In this document: positions 31,196 to 35,573 of the stretch, piece by piece
Layout: each line of letters starts with the position of its first letter
How positions within the stretch are numbered: the first letter of the stretch is position 1
Virus record (IMG/VR): IMGVR_UViG_3300043313_001992
Length of the DNA: 35,573 nucleotides
Source: a virus
Direction: 5' to 3' (one strand)
Program-made: the position numbers and the translations under genes
Notes under the pieces: generated by a model
What the model saw: only the letters and a program-made list of their open reading frames with translations
What the model was told of the DNA's origin: nothing
The model's database searches: none

Positions 31196-31909
31196 ATGAG
31201 CACGACCCCCACCACCACGCCCTCGGACGTCATCGAGGCCATGCGCTCGATCCAGACCGAGTCCGACCGCTGGCGCTTGGCCGAGGCGCTCGCCGCCCGC
31301 ATCCCGTCGGGCGACAAGGGGCTCGACGAGATCGTCGACGCCGCCGCCGCCGCCGGGGTCCTCGGCAAGCTGTCCAAGACCACCCTGCGCCTCTACCGCG
31401 ACGCCGCCAACCGCTGGCCCGCCGACAAGCGGGTCGCCAACGTGTCCTTCTCGGCCCACCGCGAGGCCATGGTGCTCGACAACATCAACGAGGCGGCCCG
31501 CATGCTCGGCTCGCTGGTCAAGTCCAGCGGCGGCGCCGACAAGGTCACGGTCGCCTCGGTGCGCCGGGCGGTCGCCGTCAAGCGGGGCACGGTGCCCGCA
31601 GAGAAGGCCACCGCCAACGGGTCGGCGGCGACCACCAAGGCCCCGGCGCTCGACGTGCTCACCGACCTGCAGGCCGGGGCACCGCAGCTGATCGCCGCCA
31701 TCCCCAACGCCACGGCGCCCACCGAGCTCGACCGGCTCCACGCCGGGCTGTCCAAGGCGCTGGCCCACGTCGAGCGCCTCCAGGCCAAGGCCGCCCAGGC
31801 CGCCCGCAAGAAGGCCGCCGCACCCAAGCGCACGGCGCCCAAGGCCGCCGCCCGCAAGGCCGCCGCCACGCCGCGGCGCAAGGCCGTCGGCGACCTGCGC
31901 GGCGAGTGA
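31196..31909 (+). CDS. hypothetical DNA-binding-like protein with Ala/Lys/Pro-rich histone-H1-like C-terminal tail
   Basis: 237 aa. AGGAG lies upstream of the ATG. The C-terminus (KAAQAARKKAAAPKRTAPKAAARKAAATPRRKA) resembles the basic tails of actinobacterial HU/Hlp proteins. Confidence 0.7.
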   Translation: MSTTPTTTPSDVIEAMRSIQTESDRWRLAEALAARIPSGDKGLDEIVDAAAAAGVLGKLSKTTLRLYRDAANRWPADKRVANVSFSAHREAMVLDNINEAARMLGSLVKSSGGADKVTVASVRRAVAVKRGTVPAEKATANGSAATTKAPALDVLTDLQAGAPQLIAAIPNATAPTELDRLHAGLSKALAHVERLQAKAAQAARKKAAAPKRTAPKAAARKAAATPRRKAVGDLRGE

Positions 31910-31939
31910 AGCCCCCACCCACGACCACCGGAGGAACCG

Positions 31940-32824
31940 ATGAACGTTGCCACCACCACACCCAGCTTTGACCTGGCGACCGTGCCCGAGGCCGACCGCG
32001 GCCGGGTCGCCGCCCTGATCCCCAGCCCCCGCATCGCCGAGGCCTACGTGCATCGGTCCTTCAACGGCCGGACCGACTTCGACCTGCTCGACTACGCCGT
32101 CGCCGAGATGGAAAACGTCATCCTGGCGGGGCCGACCGGGTCGGCCAAGACCACCTTCTTCCGGGCCTACGCCGCCGCCCGGGGGCTGCCGTTCTGCGTA
32201 GTCGAGTGCTCGGGCGCCATCGACCTCGGCATGGTGCTGGGCAAGACCACCATCGACCCCGACGGCGGCGTCCGGTGGATCGACGGCGAGATGACGCTGG
32301 TGGCCCGCTACGGCGGCGTCGTGCTGATCGACGAGATCAACATGGCGCACCCCCGCATCACGGCCGGGTTCCACCAGTTGCTGGCGGTCACCCGGCGCAT
32401 GAGCATCCCCGAGGCGGGCGAGACGATCATCGCCGGGCGGGGCGGCACCGGGGCGGCGCAACCGACGCTGTTCGGGGCGGCGTACAACCCCCGCTACCAG
32501 GGCACGGTGCGGCTGAGCGAGGCCCTGCAGAACCGCTACGCCATCCCGCTGAAGTGGGGATACGAGCGGGACGTCGAGGCGCAGCTGGTGACCTCGGAGC
32601 GGCTGCTCGACATGGCCGACAACATCCGGGCGCTCGACGAGATCCGCACGCCGCTGTCCACCAACGCCCTCATGGAATTCGAGCGCCACGTCGACGGGCT
32701 GGGCATGGACACCGCCCGCATGCTCCTGGTCAACCGCTTCGCCCCCGAGGAACAGGCGCCGGTCGCCCGGGCGCTCGAGGCCAACGCCGATGCCATCCAG
32801 GCCGAACTGGACGCAGCCGAATGA
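31940..32824 (+). CDS. MoxR-class AAA+ ATPase (AAA_5; CbbQ/NorQ/CobS-like)
   Basis: 294 aa. GGAGGAA lies before the ATG. Walker A is GPTGSAKTT and Walker B is VVLIDEINMAHP. Single AAA module of CbbQ/NorQ size. Confidence 0.85.
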   Translation: MNVATTTPSFDLATVPEADRGRVAALIPSPRIAEAYVHRSFNGRTDFDLLDYAVAEMENVILAGPTGSAKTTFFRAYAAARGLPFCVVECSGAIDLGMVLGKTTIDPDGGVRWIDGEMTLVARYGGVVLIDEINMAHPRITAGFHQLLAVTRRMSIPEAGETIIAGRGGTGAAQPTLFGAAYNPRYQGTVRLSEALQNRYAIPLKWGYERDVEAQLVTSERLLDMADNIRALDEIRTPLSTNALMEFERHVDGLGMDTARMLLVNRFAPEEQAPVARALEANADAIQAELDAAE

Positions 32825-32833
32825 GCGAGCATT

Positions 32834-32849
32834 TGATAGTCAGCTATCA
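32834..32849. promoter_or_regulatory. boundary palindrome TGATAGTCAGCTATCA
   Basis: Lies in the 99-nt gap between the AAA+ and VWA genes. It is followed by AGTGTTAGG and GTCGATAAG, as in the 31100 region. Confidence 0.7.
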
Positions 32850-32923
32850 AGTGTTAGGACTAAGATGTCGATAAGTGCAGTGGCTCGCCCCACCGGGGGC
32901 GGGCGAGACCCAGGAGGGCCAGA

Positions 32924-34699
32924 ATGGATCCAGCGAGGCGGGGCACGACCGAGGTCAAGCTGCTCCACACTCAGCTCACCCCCCAGCAGCTGGTGCGGCT
33001 GTCTCGCCTTGGCCGCGAGCTACGCCTGACCGACCAGATCCTGTCGGATGACCTGGACACCGTCAGCATCGTGGACGGCGGCCCCGCCCCGGCGTGGACG
33101 TCGCTGGCGGGCGACCACGTCAGCTACGCCCTCGACCGCATGCCGCTGCCCGAAACGAAGCTCGACGTGGCGGTCTGGCTGGGCACCAACGCCCACGAGT
33201 TGGGCCACGTGCTCTTCAGCCCCCGGAGCGGCTCGGCGCTCATGACCCGGCTGGCCGAGGCCGAGCGGGTCCACCTGCGGGGCATCGCCGACCTGCACAA
33301 CATCGCCGAGGACCAGCGCCAGGAACGGCTGATCCTGGCCCGCTTCGCTCCCTGGCGCGCCTACCTGACCGCGGCCCTCGGGCACCACATCGTCGTGGGC
33401 GACGCCCACGCCTGGTTGCTGCTGGCGGGCCGCACGTGGCTACCTGACGCCGTACGGGCGCAGGCCCGGCGCCTCTTCGCCGACACCTACGACGAGCCTT
33501 CGGCCATCCGGGTGGCCGAGTTGATCGGCGACTATCAGCGGCTCGTCGATCCTGGCGACACCGAGGCCCCCGAAGCGTTCGAGATCCTCGAAGCGCTCCA
33601 CGACCTGTTCGCCTCGGTGCCGCCGCTGCGCTCACGTTGCCAACCGCTGGCCGAGGGCGAGCCTGACACCAGTGAGGCGGGCGGCCAGGCGCCACCCACC
33701 GCCGACGAGGCCGAGCCCGACGAGGGCGACGACGGCGCCGAGACGGGCGAGGGCGCCGAGGGCGACGCTCAGGACGGCCAGGAGGGCGCTGGGGCGGGCG
33801 AGACGGGTGCCAGCGAGTCGGGCGAGGGCGGCCAAGGCGAGGGCGCCCAGGAGGCGCCCAGCCGGGCGGCGCAGATCACCGCGGCGGCCGCCGAGCAGCT
33901 GGACGCCGCCGACGTCGCCGAGGACATCGCCGCGGTGCTCAACGCCATCGGAGGCGGCCGCGGCTCGGACCAGCCCGAGGGCGCCGACCGCCGGGGCACC
34001 CACGTCCTGGCCACCGACGCCGCCCGGCGCCTCCACCACGAGGTCGGCGACGCCCTGCTCGACCTGAAGGATGCCAACGAGCCCGGCTGGGTGCGCCGGG
34101 TCGACTCTGGGCGGTTGAACGTACGGCGCCTGGCCAACCCGCAGGTCAACGCCGACGAGCTCTTCGACCGCTTCGAACCCGGCCAGCTCGAGGCCAACGA
34201 GCTCGAGCTCGTGCTGCTGCTCGACGTCAGCGGGTCGATGAACGTCCAGCTGTGGGATCTGGCCGAGGTGACCTGGGCGATCCGCCACGCCGTCGACGAC
34301 CTCGAGGGCACCGCGACGGTCATCACCTGGGACGACGGGCCGCACCGCATCCTGGCGGCGCCCGGCGACCGGCCCGACGAGCGCATGTTCGTGCCAGGCT
34401 GCGGCGGCGGCACGAGGCCCACCAGCGCCTTGACCGAGGCCTACCGGTTGCTGTCGGGCTCGACCTGCCACAACCGGCTGATGGTGATCCTCACCGACGG
34501 GGCCTGGCACGGCATGTCGTACCAGTACGACCCGCTGATGGAGGCCATGAACGACGCCGGGATCGTGACGGTGTGCGGCCTGCTCGGCCCCAACGCCGGA
34601 ACCGACATCCACGGCTGCAGCTACGGCGAGCGCCTCGGCTCGCTGTCGGACCTCGCCCGGTTGTTCGGCCGGGTGGCAGCCGCCCGTATCGGAGCGTGA
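32924..34699 (+). CDS. von Willebrand factor A (VWA) domain protein with N-terminal HExxH motif and acidic linker (CobT/NorD/CbbO-like partner)
   Basis: 591 aa. AGGAGGG lies before the ATG. HELGH is at 33194-33208. A D/E/G-rich linker spans about 33650-33850. The MIDAS-type LLLDVSGSM starts at 34223, followed by VILTDGAWHG. Confidence 0.8.
   Translation: MDPARRGTTEVKLLHTQLTPQQLVRLSRLGRELRLTDQILSDDLDTVSIVDGGPAPAWTSLAGDHVSYALDRMPLPETKLDVAVWLGTNAHELGHVLFSPRSGSALMTRLAEAERVHLRGIADLHNIAEDQRQERLILARFAPWRAYLTAALGHHIVVGDAHAWLLLAGRTWLPDAVRAQARRLFADTYDEPSAIRVAELIGDYQRLVDPGDTEAPEAFEILEALHDLFASVPPLRSRCQPLAEGEPDTSEAGGQAPPTADEAEPDEGDDGAETGEGAEGDAQDGQEGAGAGETGASESGEGGQGEGAQEAPSRAAQITAAAAEQLDAADVAEDIAAVLNAIGGGRGSDQPEGADRRGTHVLATDAARRLHHEVGDALLDLKDANEPGWVRRVDSGRLNVRRLANPQVNADELFDRFEPGQLEANELELVLLLDVSGSMNVQLWDLAEVTWAIRHAVDDLEGTATVITWDDGPHRILAAPGDRPDERMFVPGCGGGTRPTSALTEAYRLLSGSTCHNRLMVILTDGAWHGMSYQYDPLMEAMNDAGIVTVCGLLGPNAGTDIHGCSYGERLGSLSDLARLFGRVAAARIGA
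33522..33537. promoter_or_regulatory. intragenic copy TGATCGGCGACTATCA
   Basis: Uses the TGATCG arm variant seen in the GACGTC subfamily. Lies inside the VWA CDS. Confidence 0.35.
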
Positions 34700-34717
34700 A
34701 GTCGCTTAGATGGGCTT

Positions 34718-35086
34718 CTAGGGGCCTCTGACGGCGTTCTGGGTCGATAGTCGCCCGACCCAGACACGACCTCGGCCCTCGGGCGCCTTCCCGGCGACCC
34801 CGCCGAAGGCGGCGGCGACGATCCAGCCTTCATCGCGTGCCTGGTCGGCGACCGAGACGATGGTGGCGAGCGGGACCTCAGCCTTCTCTGCCAGCCAGGC
34901 TTCAGTGAAAGCGGTGCGGCGGTGGGCCAGGTGGTGGAGCCACCGGACGTGCCGGTCGGTGGCCCGGCCCAACGCCACCCAGTGGATCCAGTCCCCGCAG
35001 CAGGGGTCGTCGGGGCGTCGAGGTCGGCGCCCGGCGCGCCGGGGCTTCGCCGATGGGTCGGGCGGCGGCGGCTCGAACAGGGTCAC
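34718..35086 (-). CDS. hypothetical protein (possible winged-helix)
   Basis: 122 aa from the GTG at 35086 (GTGA overlap). The longest ORF starts at 35122. Confidence 0.55.
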   Translation of the reverse strand: MTLFEPPPPDPSAKPRRAGRRPRRPDDPCCGDWIHWVALGRATDRHVRWLHHLAHRRTAFTEAWLAEKAEVPLATIVSVADQARDEGWIVAAAFGGVAGKAPEGRGRVWVGRLSTQNAVRGP

Positions 35087-35292
35087 AGCTCGGTCAGTCC
35101 GTAGCGGTCCCACGTCCAGCACGCCACCCGACGGCGAGCCAGCGGGCCGAGACCTTCGAGGGTGGCGACCACGCTGGCCATCGCCGCGAGCTCGTCGTCG
35201 GCATCGGCCGGGACCTCGATCACCTGGACCCGGCGCTGGATCGGCTCGGGCAGCTTCACTACAGCAGACGGGCGGGACGGCAGGGTCGTCAT
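35083..35292 (-). CDS. hypothetical protein
   Basis: 69 aa from the ATG at 35292, preceded by ACGGAGC. The longest ORF (to 35544) would run through the inverted-repeat region. Confidence 0.55.
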   Translation of the reverse strand: MTTLPSRPSAVVKLPEPIQRRVQVIEVPADADDELAAMASVVATLEGLGPLARRRVACWTWDRYGLTEL

Positions 35293-35372
35293 GGTTGCTC
35301 CGTTCGTTGGGTTTCGGTTCAGGAAGGCTGCTGCCTCGCGTGCGCGCGTGCGCGCCCGCGCACGCGTACCGG

Positions 35373-35396
35373 TTGCCGGAGGCGCCTGGCCATCTG
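35373..35396. repeat. 24-bp perfect inverted repeat, left arm (TTGCCGGAGGCGCCTGGCCATCTG)
   Basis: Exact reverse complement of 35469-35492. Imperfect extension through alternating CG/CA tracts reaches about 35333 on the left and about 35527 on the right. Confidence 0.9.
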
Positions 35397-35468
35397 GGAA
35401 AACCTGAAGGCGGCGCCTCGCGTGCGCAGGAAGGTCCTTTTTTGCCATCTGCTTCCCGGTCAGAGGCT

Positions 35469-35492
35469 CAGATGGCCAGGCGCCTCCGGCAA
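35469..35492. repeat. 24-bp perfect inverted repeat, right arm (CAGATGGCCAGGCGCCTCCGGCAA)
   Basis: See left arm. A 72-nt spacer separates the arms. Confidence 0.9.
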
Positions 35493-35504
35493 TGGGTACG
35501 CGCG

Positions 35505-35573
35505 CACGCGCGTGCGCGCGAGGCGGAGCCAGATGGCAGGTCACTTCGGGGGCTCCTCTGCTGGCGCAGAACT
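35505..35573. repeat. terminal direct repeat copy 2 (identical to 1-69)
   Basis: See copy 1. Confidence 0.95.

Noticed and set aside
30872-32689. 605-aa minus-strand ORF
   Set aside because: Most of it is antisense to the well-supported plus-strand genes at 31196-32824 (H1-like tail protein and AAA+ ATPase). Only its last 53 codons (30872-31033) look like a real protein, the RHH.
35083-35544. 153-aa version of the last leftward gene, starting inside the terminal repeat
   Set aside because: The extension runs through the inverted-repeat and alternating-CG region, giving ARARV-type junk. The ATG at 35292 has a good ACGGAGC ribosome-binding site.

Overview
The window looks like one complete, circularly closed genome of a temperate, HK97-like siphovirus (or excised prophage) from a very GC-rich, probably non-mycolate Actinobacterium. 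Bases 1-69 are identical to 35505-35573, which gives 35,504 unique bp. Coding density is very high. Genes are chained by ATGA/GTGA/TGATG start-stop overlaps, and third codon positions are strongly G/C. This produces many long antisense shadow ORFs in the six-frame track, which I ignored. Layout: (i) 37-5444 (-): early/replication operon with an excisionase-family HTH, a Holliday-junction-resolvase-like nuclease, a RecB/Cas4-like exonuclease, a possible SSB, an unknown, and a PrimPol-helicase. (ii) 5445-5663: divergent switch region. (iii) 5664-8194 (+): XRE repressor-like gene plus six small unknowns. (iv) 8202-9599: tyrosine integrase and candidate attP. (v) 9753-22231 (-): full virion module, running in transcription order (descending coordinates) from portal, protease, HK97-type capsid, Ig-like protein and neck proteins through major tail, chaperones with a -1 frameshift, tape measure, Dit and minor tails to a collagen-like fibre. 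(vi) 22232-24207 (+): opposite-strand island of seven tiny genes wedged between portal and terL. It is built from four copies of a ~48-bp promoter-like repeat (three placed for leaderless ATGs) and two hairpin terminators. (vii) 24201-28871 (-): terL, terS, two tandem ParB-domain DNA methyltransferases, and an HNH endonuclease. (viii) 28905-29170: lower-GC, repeat-dense, non-coding block flanked by 20-bp palindromes (cos/pac candidate). (ix) 29433-31033 (-): RHH regulator, an acidic peptide, and a GH25 endolysin with a C-terminal double-TM tail. (x) 31196-34699 (+): a protein with a histone-H1-like tail, a MoxR-class AAA+ ATPase, and a VWA protein with an HExxH motif. (xi) 34718-35292 (-): two small genes, followed by a large inverted-repeat/iteron region next to the primase gene (ori candidate). 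The most unusual signals are a 16-bp palindromic motif family, TGAT(A/C)G-N4-C(T/G)ATCA, that sits on about a dozen module boundaries (five copies are identical 16-mers), the promoter-cassette island that splits terL from portal, and the phage-borne MoxR/VWA-HExxH operon. All functional calls come from motif recognition by eye. No database search was possible.
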